Source: Selaginella moellendorffii (lineage: Eukaryota; Plantae; Lycopodiophyta). Taken from it: a stretch of DNA of 64,000 nucleotides. The stretch covers positions 56,279 through 120,278 of the forward strand of contig NW_003314436.1 of NCBI RefSeq assembly GCF_000143415.4, read 5' to 3'. Shown piece after piece: positions 41,818 to 52,248 of this stretch. The notes below the pieces were generated by a model. The model did not search any database. It was not told the DNA's origin and was given only the letters and a program-made list of their open reading frames with translations. Numbering within the stretch: the stretch's first letter is position 1; each line of letters begins with the position of its first letter. The translations under genes were made by a program, and so were the position numbers.

Positions 41818-42607
41818 TGCCAGAATCTAGGAGCCCACATTGCCCGATTTCGTCGATTTTGCGAGTGGCAAGAACCCACCAGACCCCTGCCCCCAAGAGA
41901 ACCGGTGGGCAATGCGCAATGGAAGCGATCGCAAAGACAATGACCTACCAGAGCGTCAAAGGAAATCTAGCAAATGAGCACACTCATCACTTGCCTACCA
42001 ACAACGAATGCGACCAAAAAGGAAAAAAGGATGAATTCTTTGCTAATTTACCTGTGGAGAGGGGCCTCGAATGGATCCAACCCTTTGATGATCCGATAAC
42101 TGCTGTTGCTTCCTTCCAAAGCGATGCCGCTTTTTAATTTCATTTATTCAATCTTTGTCAAATTTTCACCATAGCCATGCTTGTGTCAGAAGTGCGTAAC
42201 AACAGGTTGTCCTGTGGCGAATCATAATCCAATCAGCATTGTACATGAAAATCGAACAAAACATTTTCTCAAAGCAAGAGGACAATACGTCGGTGCTGGT
42301 TTAACGGTTAAATTCTAGATTAGTGGTGTTGACCGTTGAAAGTTGTGTTTGGTTAAATATAATTTGAGTCAATTTTACAAATCATCTTAAGACCATGAAT
42401 TTAAATTTTCATTTTAATTACGATATTTTTTTAGTTTTCTTAATTATGACTTAACAAAGATTAGAGTAATAAATTTTTGCCAATAATGGAAGTTTTAAAT
42501 TTAAACATGTTTATAAAACCATAGTTTTTGGTAAGTTTGCTTAAGCAAAACAAAACATGTTAAGATTTATTCTACGAATATTCGAATAGATCTTCAAGCT
42601 AGGCCGT

Positions 42608-42615
42608 AAACCCTA
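42608..42615 (+). promoter_or_regulatory. Telo-box AAACCCTA
   Basis: Exact motif 11 nt upstream of ATG 42627. Confidence 0.55.
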
Positions 42616-42626
42616 ACCACACAACA

Positions 42627-43298
42627 ATGTGGAGCAGCAGCACGCTGAGGCGCCTCGCAAGCTCAATCTCCACCGCCAAAGCTCTCGCCCACTCTTCACA
42701 TTCCCCGAGGTACGTGACACCGGCTGCGCAACGATCGCCCTCGTCCCCGCCCACGCCGTGGAGCTGGAGTTACTCCCAGCAGCGCTTCTTTGCCGCGGTG
42801 AGAACCACCAAGCGCTACCGGACCCAGAGAAGCAAGAAGAAGGCCAAGCCCGCTGGCCCGCGAAGGCTGGTTCCAGCGCCCAGCCTCCACACAAAGCCCG
42901 CAAGCTTTGTGAGGCGAGAGGGCCGGCTTACCGTCCACGAGCGCAAGCACGAGGAGTTTAAGCAGGTGCTCAGCCGCCTCGACATCAAGCAGTTTGCGTG
43001 GAAGAGCGGCGACGAGAGCGGCAAATCCAGGGAGCGAATGGAGCTCCGCAAGGCCGCCGACAACGTCAATCCCTTCGAGTGCATCCCGACTTTCCGGAAG
43101 AAGAGCGACTGTGGGCCTCCGCCTATAGCAATGAAGAAGCGTAAGGGAGCTGTGACGATTAGCGCTGTCACGTTTGAGGAACGTACCAGGGGTGCTGGGA
43201 AGATCAAGAGCATCAAGGACCAGAAGAAGAGATTGCTCAACTTCAAGAGGCCACGGAGGCCGGCGCAGCTCAAGACTGATAAGCGAGACGAGGACTGA
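42627..43298 (+). CDS. Unknown Lys/Arg-rich protein with a probable mitochondrial presequence; intronless
   Basis: 223-aa GC-rich ORF; MWSSSTLRRLASSIS...QQRFFA fits a transit peptide; telo-box upstream. Confidence 0.6.
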   Translation: MWSSSTLRRLASSISTAKALAHSSHSPRYVTPAAQRSPSSPPTPWSWSYSQQRFFAAVRTTKRYRTQRSKKKAKPAGPRRLVPAPSLHTKPASFVRREGRLTVHERKHEEFKQVLSRLDIKQFAWKSGDESGKSRERMELRKAADNVNPFECIPTFRKKSDCGPPPIAMKKRKGAVTISAVTFEERTRGAGKIKSIKDQKKRLLNFKRPRRPAQLKTDKRDED

Positions 43299-43362
43299 GT
43301 GAGTGATGTAAAGATTCGTGTTGTTTGAAGTGGCAAAACGAGATAAGTTCTTAGCTAACCTC

Positions 43363-46300
43363 CTAGAGTAGACTGGCGAGAGCCATGCGGAATTTTCCTA
43401 TTCCAGCTCCAGACTTGGCGCTCACCATCATCTGCAATGCGAGTAAGTCAGTGATCCAAACCCCGTTAAGATGGATACGTACCACTGGTGAAACGTGGTA
43501 CTTGCAGTCCTTGATAACCGGAAAACAAGCATCAGTCCATTGCCATTACCGAGAGAAAAGAAAAAATGCGTGCCTCCTCAATCTGTGTGACTCTTCGGCC
43601 GAGATCCAGAGGCAAAACTTTGTCAGTTTTAGTCAGTACTATTTGGTATTTCCGATTGACCCTGGAAAGAAGTTGGTCAGGCACAAGCTGAAGAAGCTGA
43701 TGTGAAGTTCTTACGATTCAAGAAAATCAATAAACTCTTGGTCCTTCTGTCTTATCCCCCATTCCGCATCTATCAGAAGGCAGACTCTCTTCAGGTGATC
43801 CCTAACAGTAATGTAATCCATATTCTGGAAACGAAGAATATCTGTCACGAGCGTATCAACTTAAGCCAAGGGCTTACCAGTTGACGAAGATCTTGGATTT
43901 GGTCCTGTTTGCCATACATGAAGCTGTAGCCAGGCATGTCGACCAGACATAACTTCTCACCAAGAACGTAAAAATTGATGGACTACAAACGAAAAGGACC
44001 AAAGTTTTGAGGATCGAACAGGAAAGCGATGGACACTTACATCCGTTTTCCCAGGCTTTGGCGAAGTTCGAGCTCTTCCATATTGTCTAGTCAATGCATT
44101 TATTAACTTGGATTTCCCAGAATTTGTTCTGCCTGGAATAAAAAAGAAGAAAAGAAAAAGCTGTGAGCTGTAAAGCAGCAGACAGAGATAACCTGCAAAT
44201 GCGATTTCTGGCAGCTCGGCTGGTGGTATTGACGATAAAACTTTAGCTCCAGCCACGAATACTTGCTTGTTTCTAAAAATCTGCACCGCATCCGTCAGAC
44301 CAACATGCTTTTCACAAGAAACTTAAGGTCTAGAGTTAAACGAACCTACACTCTGATGGATTCTGTATTTCTTTTCGCCTTTGTAGAATGGCACATTGTC
44401 GAGTGGAGAATAAAGTTTAACATTGTAGCCAGCTTTCCGCCATTCGTCGAGTCTCCTCTTGCCCAGCAGCTATTCCAAGTGTCAGTTTCACATTATAAAA
44501 GACAGGATCATACTTGTGAATCTATGTAGCGCATGAGCTCCCGAGACGGTTGTATCATTCGAAATCTTGCATTGGTACCGAGCTCTTTCGGTTCTACTTT
44601 ACCTGAAACGCAGCGTCTTATAAGTAATCAGAGAGAAGACTAGAGAGGCTACCTGACGCCTTCCTTTCCTCAGGGGTTTCGTAACGTTTAGCAGTAATGT
44701 CGTCCTTGTCGATCTTCAGTACTCTCCTGATCCATGGCTTTTTCCGGGGAGTAGCCCGCTCAGACTGAAGTATCATGTGGTACTCCTCCAGAGTTTTCTC
44801 TGCAACGACAAGACGTGAAAAAAGAATGATAATGTAGACAAACGTCCAGACCTATGATTTGCCTTTCCAGGGACAGGCCCCTTTCTTCGGGTTGATAAAG
44901 CGTTGGAGTGATAATATTACTATGAGTTTCATCCACCTGTGGACTTAGGACTATATCTTCCTCGTCTGGACGAGTTGTAGTACGTGCTGGCCGAGTTTTC
45001 TTTGCCTTCGTAAGTCTCGGAAAGCCTAGCAACATGTTGGTACCCAAAACTCTCGACAGTTTACGACCTGGTAACAACTTGTAAGAAGACCTCGACAATA
45101 AAATATTTATAACATACCTTCGTCGGTGTCATCCATTGGCCTGGTCGAATCCAAGCCCCACGTCAGCTTTTCCTTCTTCTCTTCATCACTGAAAGTTTCC
45201 TCGTCGCTCATCAGATCGACTGCAAAACATTACTCAGAAGTAAAATGTGAACGAAGTGAGAGCCTTTCTACCTTTGATCTCTGCGGAAGCTGCAGGCTTG
45301 CCAATGTCCAAAATATTGGCCTTGCTTTCGTCACTTATTTGGCTGCTCTTGCGCAAGTATTTCTCGGTTTCGGTCTCGGCCTTTGGGTTCTCGGACGACT
45401 CTGATTTACTTCCGCTTGTGCCGGCTGTCGCTGTATGTCGATCACTTCTTTTTCTATTCGCCTCGTTCTCCAAAATAAGCCCGCGAGTCAATTTTCTCTT
45501 TGCTCCTTCAACCTCTTCCTCCTCCAACACGATGCTCGACTCGTGGTACTCTTCATCCACTAGCTTCAACAGCTCCTTTCCTTCCTCGATCATCTTCTTG
45601 GCCTTCTCTCTAATTTCCTGGGCATTGCCATCATCTTCCACAAGGTCTTCCTTGTTTCTGGCGGCCAAAAGTTTTTGGTTCTCTGCCTCGCGTTTAACTT
45701 TAAGAGCCTTCTTACGCAACCTCGCAAGAGCACCATCACCACCAGCCGGTCTAGAGCCATCGCCAGCTTCGATTTGCAAAGTTTTCGAAACAATTTGTTC
45801 CTTCTTCTGAGCCTTCCACTCCTTATACTTCGCTGCAGCAGTAACGTCTATATCCCCATAAACCGTCGCCACCTTCTTTCGATCGCACTTTAAAGGCTGA
45901 GAGAAGTACACGGCGGCCTCTTTCTCCTCGACGTCCCTTCTCTTCTCCATCTTGTTCATCCTTGAGAAACTCTCTGACTTTTCACGAAGCCTTCGGACAG
46001 CACCCGAGTCGGTCGGAAGACTCTTCTTTAGCAGCTCTTCCTTGAGCTCGGGATTTAGAGCTAGCTTCATCTTCAACTCCTTCCTTTGACGACGTTCCTC
46101 GAGCTTTTCCAGCCTGATCTTTCGTGGAATCCTCTTGGGCGTGCCATACTTTTGTACCATGGTTTTCCTGTCTCTCCCGAGAAGCTTGCCAGAATCCAGC
46201 ATTCGCAGCGATCCCTCCGGCCCAGGCGGTCGAGGAGTTCCATCCTTCCAAGTTCTCATGCGCTCACCTTTCCTTAACAATCGCCGAGACTCCCTCGAAA

Positions 46301-46644
46301 GCCCGATGCTCTTCCGTGGCGCCGGTCGTGCTGCTGGCTTCTCCTCGCCCTCGGCAGGCTTGACCTTGTGCCTTCTCGGCCGTAGCGTCCGCTGCGCAGC
46401 TCGAGCAGCGGCCGTCTCCCGATCGATCCACACATTGGCGACGCCGAAGCCCCGGACTTGAAATATTTCGAAGCTCCTGCGAGAAAATCCGGGTGAAACT
46501 CGATCCAAGAACAATGCAGGAGCTCAGCCATTACCCCGTGAGCGGATTCCGATGTGAATCGATCGATCGCGTTGCCGCATCGCAAGGAAACGCCGGCCGG
46601 CCGGAGCGCCATCGCCAGGCGTTCCACAATGCGCGCCTCAACAT
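43363..46644 (-). CDS. engB: EngB/YihA/YsxC-type ribosome-biogenesis GTPase with a very long charged N-terminal extension; probably mitochondrial; multi-exon
   Basis: ATG 46644 MLRRALWNAWRWRSGRPAF; intron 46534-46477 joins the 45234-46514 frame; PEIAFAGRTNSGKS (G1), TSPKPGKT (G2), DMPGY (G3), LTKTD (G4), MMVSAKSGAGI (G5); stop 43363. Confidence 0.85.
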
Positions 46645-46654
46645 CTAAAGCCCT

Positions 46655-46662
46655 AAACCCTA
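46655..46662. promoter_or_regulatory. Telo-box in the EngB 5' region
   Basis: AAACCCTA within CCCTAAACCCTAAACCC, 10 nt upstream of the ATG. Confidence 0.55.
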
Positions 46663-46776
46663 AACCCCATGCCAGAAACCCCAGGATTCGAACAAGGGAC
46701 GTGTAGTAAAACAAAAAGCTTACATTTGACAAAAAATGTCCTGTAAAAATCCAGTTTTTCACGACTGGAGCGCTCG

Positions 46777-48042
46777 CTATGGCGTCCACACACGAACAGT
46801 CCCATCGATGGAGGACGTGACGAGCATTGGCTCGGTTTTGTGATAAGCAATGCTCGTTACCTGGAAGGCGAAAGACTGTGTGTCAAGAACACGAGAAAAA
46901 AAGGATAGAATTTCCAGTTTTGCTTACTGCTGAAGCGTGCGCTTTGAAACTCGACACTACGGATGAATCCACGAGATCCCAGTAGTAAATGCGACCGTCC
47001 TCGGAGCTACCAACAACATGAGCGTCGGTGTTTGTCAAGCAACTATCAGTTTTGTAGGACTGCGCAGAGAAACGAACTGGAATGTTAAAGAGCGAGGAGA
47101 GATTTGCGTAGTGCCTACCTTGTTGATGTGTCCTTTGTACTCTTGAAGCAAATCACCAGTTTCTCTGTGAAAAAAGCAAGGAGAGATTAGAACAAAAAAG
47201 GAGTTTGTAAGCTACCTGTCAATAAGACGAAGTGTTGAATCCAAACATCCAGCCAAGGTGCATTTTCCATCGTGCGAGAGGGCGACGCTATTTATTGGAT
47301 GACCAAGATCATCTCTATACACTCTGATCACAAAGACAAAACCAAAGAAAGTGAGCCAGAATCCTTTTTGCAAGGTAACGAGCAGTACCTTCCAGCACGG
47401 ATATCAAAAGTTCGAATGGATCCATCCACACTTCCAGCGATAATTTCCGTCCTTGTCATACACAGGGAAGTCACACTGTCTGAAAATGCCTCAATCACCT
47501 GAGAGTGATACCTTAGTTGCCTTCTCGAAGAAAAAGAGAAGAAAAAAAAAGAAACACAATTTACCTGGATCGGTTCTATGCTGTGAGATCGACAATCAAA
47601 CGCTCGCACCGATCGATCATATCCTCCAGAGACAATCACCGTCGAGTTCTCACTAAACTTCACGGTATTCACCTACACCACTGTTCCATGAGCTAGATCA
47701 ACCAAAAAATAAAAGTTTCCTCTTTTCCCGTACCTCACTGTCGTGGCCACGGAATTTACGAATCACGCGTCCGGTGGGAACATCCCAGTAGAAGAGCTGA
47801 CGATCGGCGCCGCAAGAGCAGAACTTGGAATTATCGGCGACGACGGCCACATCGCGAACCTCCCGGGCGTGCGCATTGTAGCTCTTGATCCGCAATCCCT
47901 TCTGTGGATTCCAGAGGCAGAGGACGCGATCGCGACCGCAGCTGATGCAATAATTACCGTCGGAGTTGAATCGTACTGCCAGAACCGGACCTTCGTGGCC
48001 GCGCAGCACGACCGCCTCTCGCCTTGGCAGCTGATCCGCCAT
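46777..48042 (-). CDS. WDR83: WD40-repeat protein WDR83/MORG1
   Basis: LRGHEGPVLAVRFNSDGNYC.SCG.DR..LWNP..G..IKSY..H.REVRDV; RAFDCRSHSIEPIQ; GSVDG.IRTFDIRAG; GSSEDGRIYYWDLV; multi-exon; stop 46777. Confidence 0.9.
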
Positions 48043-48052
48043 AGCCACATGT

Positions 48053-48060
48053 AAACCCTA
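48053..48060. promoter_or_regulatory. Telo-box in the WDR83 5' region
   Basis: AAACCCTA 10 nt upstream of ATG 48042. Confidence 0.55.
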
Positions 48061-49049
48061 AATCCTACCTTTAGGGCATAAAGTTAAAATCTCCATATAT
48101 ATTCTTAAATAAATATCATCAAATTTAGTGTATGGATAAATTCAAATTTATTAATAATTTTAACTCTATTAACAATATAGCATCATGACTATGTAATAAT
48201 TTATGGAATTTTACACCCTTATGATATATGCATACTAGAGAAATAACAAATAATTATCATAATTTAGATATTAAATTTATATACTTTGCAATCATGCTTT
48301 CAAATGTTTTAATAAGTTTTTCTATTAAACCATTCATTTGTGAAGAATAAACACTTGCAATAGTCATAAATTGAGAAATTAAAATATAAAATATCTCAAC
48401 CATAAATATGGAACTATTGTTTGAGAGAATTTATTTTAGATGAGAATGCTAAAACTCCATTCAATTAAGGAAGACTATAGCAATTGTAAACACACTAACA
48501 AAAACACCAACTCCTACCTAACAAATTAGGTAGTCAAAAACAATGATAATGTACTTATTACTAATAGTTGACAATAAATAATATCCTATGAAATCAAACA
48601 CTACCAAATCAAATCGATGAGAAATTACAATTGATTCCACTACAACACAAAAGGGAGTATTACAAACTTAGCACTAAACACAACTATACATATTGGATGA
48701 TATTTTATTACATCTTTGGCCAATAAAAAATTTGTATAACTTTTTAATTATACAATGATGCTCTATGTGTCTACTTAGAATAAGAGAGTTTGGTAGTTGA
48801 AGTATGGTATAAAGATTAATGGCACCACAAACTATAAATGATCATCTAGATAAATCCCCATAAAATAAAGAAGGTCATCCTTAAGATGATATTAAAAATA
48901 TAAATGCCAAAACAATAAGTCATCAATAAGAAATTCTAAAATCTTTAAATTTACAATTCAACCTTTTGAACTTTCTGAATATCATCTAAAGAAGTCAAAT
49001 TTAACTATATACTTTATAGATATTGAATATCAAGCATAGTAATCACTAA

Positions 49050-49535
49050 TGTATAAGCCACAAATGTTTCTTTTTCAATTTACCAATTTACCTTGTCTAT
49101 CTGACCATGTATTGGCCTTAGTTAAGTTCTTTTACCAAGGTTCCCGCCTATTGTACCAACTACTACTTGGTTTCAGTTACTCACTGCATGAGCAACAAAG
49201 CGTTAGCCATCCATCCATGGATTCCCCAAATCTCTCCCAATCCCCCTCCCCGAGTTAGACTGGACTTAAAGGTTCAATTGCACTCCCCGCAGACACAAGC
49301 AGCCAAGCACACCAAGCCTCCAAGTTCCTAACATTTCTTGGTACAAGAAGACTTGATCATAAAACCTTCTAAATTGAAGCCTTAGGTGCAACATTTGCTT
49401 TGGGACATTGGGGGAAAACACCATGGCCTATTAACCTGGTATAAATACCTCTATTCGCCCACTTCCATCTCAAAGGCAAGGCCCAAACCCCTATGAAAGG
49501 CGAGGACTAATAAGTTATAAAATACTCAAGTGGGG
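49050..49535 (-). mobile_element. Decayed LTR (3' part) of the same Gypsy family, inverted
   Basis: Reverse complement aligns with ~51730-52232 (TGTGGCTTA.ACA end; GGGGAGGGGGATTGGGAGAGATT; GAATTAGGAAC-like segment). Confidence 0.8.
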
Positions 49536-50241
49536 TGTAAGTAACTAAATTTTCCATTCTACTTTAGTCACTTAACCACACTTCCAACCACTTGGAGGAG
49601 TCTCACTCACAACCTCCATAAGTCCTATTCCAGACTTGGGGCTTGCTACCCCTAAGAATGACATCCATGCCACTCAACCGTTGCACTTGGTCTAAGCACT
49701 CCACATGTCCAATCTCATGACTAACACCCCAAAGGTATCACCGACATATCAGCCTATTACACTAAAACTATGCCCATTCACCTTTATCCCATGGTGATCC
49801 AACACCACCTACGTTGCCATCCCATCTCTCAAAGACTGGGCTATCCATCCAGACGACCACTAAGTCCCCCTGTCCTCTAGGACTTCTTCACCAAGTGACT
49901 GTGTCTTTGGTCACTACACTAGAGGGTTGCTCCTCTTCCTTTCCCTAATGTGGGACTTTGGGGCAACATTTTGGAACACTGTGGCCTTATGTGAGCCACC
50001 TGGGTACTCTCCCTGCCTTCTGCCTTTGGGTGCTCTAGCCATAGACTTAGAGCGAGGTTCTATTGAGCCACACTAGGTATCCAAGTAAGTAGTGCCACCC
50101 ACACTTGGACTGGGAGTATTGACCATTTGATCTCTTAGGGGAACTAGAGTTGGCTCTTGAACACTTCACAAAGCTGCCCCGCTTGTTTGTCCGTATTCAC
50201 TCTAATCTTGGATTTCCTAGTGGTTATCTCATCACCTAACA
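49536..50241. mobile_element. ~700-bp TG...CA-bounded segment, possible solo LTR of another family
   Basis: Starts TGTAAG exactly where LTR homology breaks and ends CTAACA; no TSD. Confidence 0.35.
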
Positions 50242-50246
50242 CCTGA

Positions 50247-51465
50247 GTATGGTCTTCTTGGGCCAAACTAGCTCCATTGAGGCCCAACCCACACTCTTCT
50301 TACTATACTTTTGGAACCCCCCGCACAACCCCCCCCCCCCCCTGGGGGACGATCGCTTTGGGCTTTCACCCAATAGCTTGTATTATTCGAACTCGGACTC
50401 GGTCTTGAACTCGGATCAATCACAATCTTGGTCTCGATCTCGATCTCAGTCTCGGTCTCATCTCGGACTCCATCTTGAACTCCATCTCGGACTCCATATT
50501 GGGTCCTTCTCGAGTTCCATCTCAGTCCATCTCGGACTCCATCTCGAGTCCATTTTGGACTCCATCTCGGATTCCATCTCGGACTCCATCTCGGACTCCA
50601 TCTCAAGTCTTTCTCGAGTTCCATCTCGGTCCGTCTTGGACTCCATCTTGGGTCCATCTCGGACTCTATCTCAGATTCCATCTTGGACTCCATTTTGGGT
50701 CCATCTCAGACTCCATCTCGGGTTCATCTCGAACTCTATCTCGGGTCCATCTCGGACTCCATCTCGGGTCCATTTCGGACTCCATCTCGGACTCCATCTC
50801 GGTCCATCTCAGACTCCATCTTGGACTCCATCTTGGTCCATGTTAGACTCCACCTTGGATTCCATCTCGGGTCTATCTTGGACTCTTTTTCTAGACACTC
50901 TCTTATTGCTTGTTTCGTACCTGTTCCTCGAGCCTCCGTTGGGAGTTCCACTCCCGCTCTCGACTTTTCAAGTCAAAGCTTTTAGTCCAAACGTGTTACT
51001 CTCAATTGGCTTTTACTTTAGCCACTACCACGTGGCACCCTTTTGGCTCCACTTTGGGGCTTAGGGATTTGTGTTTCACAACTCCACTACCCATAGACGA
51101 AGTTCAATGTCCTCATCGAATAATAAACCATTTTATAAAGTAACACTAACATGTATTACCCTTTCCATCTTTAGCACCTAACCAATATTTGTCAATGGTT
51201 TGACATTAAAGGCTCACCATGCTTTGTCCATCCTCTAAGGAGTATAGTGTCCCCAATATAAAGACTCATTTGACCACCTAGGGTGGTTCTCTCCCTTTTA
51301 TTTGTTTAATTCTCACTAAACCCATTAAAGACACATTTTCTATCTCAATCCCACTACTCATTTTTGAGTAGTTTTAGTTTCCATCGATATAACCTTTGCA
51401 CTTTGGAAGTTTTTATTTTTGACTTTTCGAGGTCAATTTCTTGGGTGTCTCCAACACTTTATATT
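50247..51465 (-). mobile_element. Inverted 3' end of a related Gypsy subfamily: 3' UTR, PPT (51081-51092) and LTR starting TGTGAAAC at 51080, with a 12-bp tandem array at 50390-50890
   Basis: Reverse complement TTCGATG..CATTGAACTTCGTCTATGGGTAGTGGAGT|TG matches 57429-57470; (TCCGAGATGGAG)n; GGGTGAAAGCCCAAAGCG..poly-G. Confidence 0.75.
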
Positions 51466-51466
51466 G

Positions 51467-52232
51467 CAGGGGGGGGGGGGGGGGGGTGCTACAAGGGGTT
51501 CCAAAAGTATAGTAGGGATAGTGAGGTCCAAGAATCAGTTTTGAAGGGACTCTCCAGTGGGGCTTCCAAACCGACTTGAGGTTGAGACTGGGACCGAGGG
51601 GCCTTGGGTGGGAGTGAGTATGGACTTGGTTGGTGCTGGAGGGGCCATCCAAGGAAGTGCTCAAGAGCAGCTCCCACTCCCGAAATGGAAACTAATTGCG
51701 GTGCTCCCGGTTTATATGGAGTGGTGCCCCACTTGAATACCATGTGGCTCATTGGTCCTCGCCCTTCCTAGGGGCTTGGGCCTTCCTTCGGGATGGAAGT
51801 GGGGGGGGGTAGAGGTACCCATACCGGGCCGCTAGGCCACGGTGTTTCACCCCGGCGTCCCGAAGCAAGTGTTGCACTCAAGACTTGGGATTTAGAGGGT
51901 CCCATGATCAAATCTTGTGGTACCAAGGGATGTTAGGAACCTGGAAGATTGGTGTGCTTGGTTGCTTGTGCTTGCGGGGAGTGTAGCCGAACCTTAAGTC
52001 CAGTCTAACTCGGGGAAGGGGATTGGGAGAGATTGGGAATCCGTGGATGGATGGCTAATGCTCCGTTGCTCGTGCAGTGAATAGCTGAAAGCAAGTAGGA
52101 CCAAGTAGGAGTTGGTACCATAGGCGAGAACCTTGGCGAGGGAACTTAGCAAAAGCCAACTTGCAGAAGGCAGTGTCGGACGGATAGACGAGGTAAGCTA
52201 GCAAATTGGAAAGGAAAAATTTGTGGCTTACA
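51467..52232 (+). repeat. 5' LTR, truncated on the left at the poly-G tract
   Basis: Roughly 94-95% identical by eye to 57880-58632; ends GGCTTACA. Confidence 0.9.
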
Positions 52233-52235
52233 ATT

Positions 52236-52248
52236 TGGTATCAGAGCC
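52236..52248 (+). other. Primer-binding site, tRNA-iMet
   Basis: TGGTATCAGAGCC 3 nt after the LTR end. Confidence 0.93.

Noticed and set aside
46535-46612. ATG 46612 as the EngB start
   Set aside because: Wrong phase for intron 46534-46477; ATG 46644 gives the correct frame and a transit-like peptide.
50249-51064. 271-aa and overlapping ORFs
   Set aside because: By-products of the stop-free 12-bp LTR tandem array; the same applies to 57520-57768 and 58628-59061.
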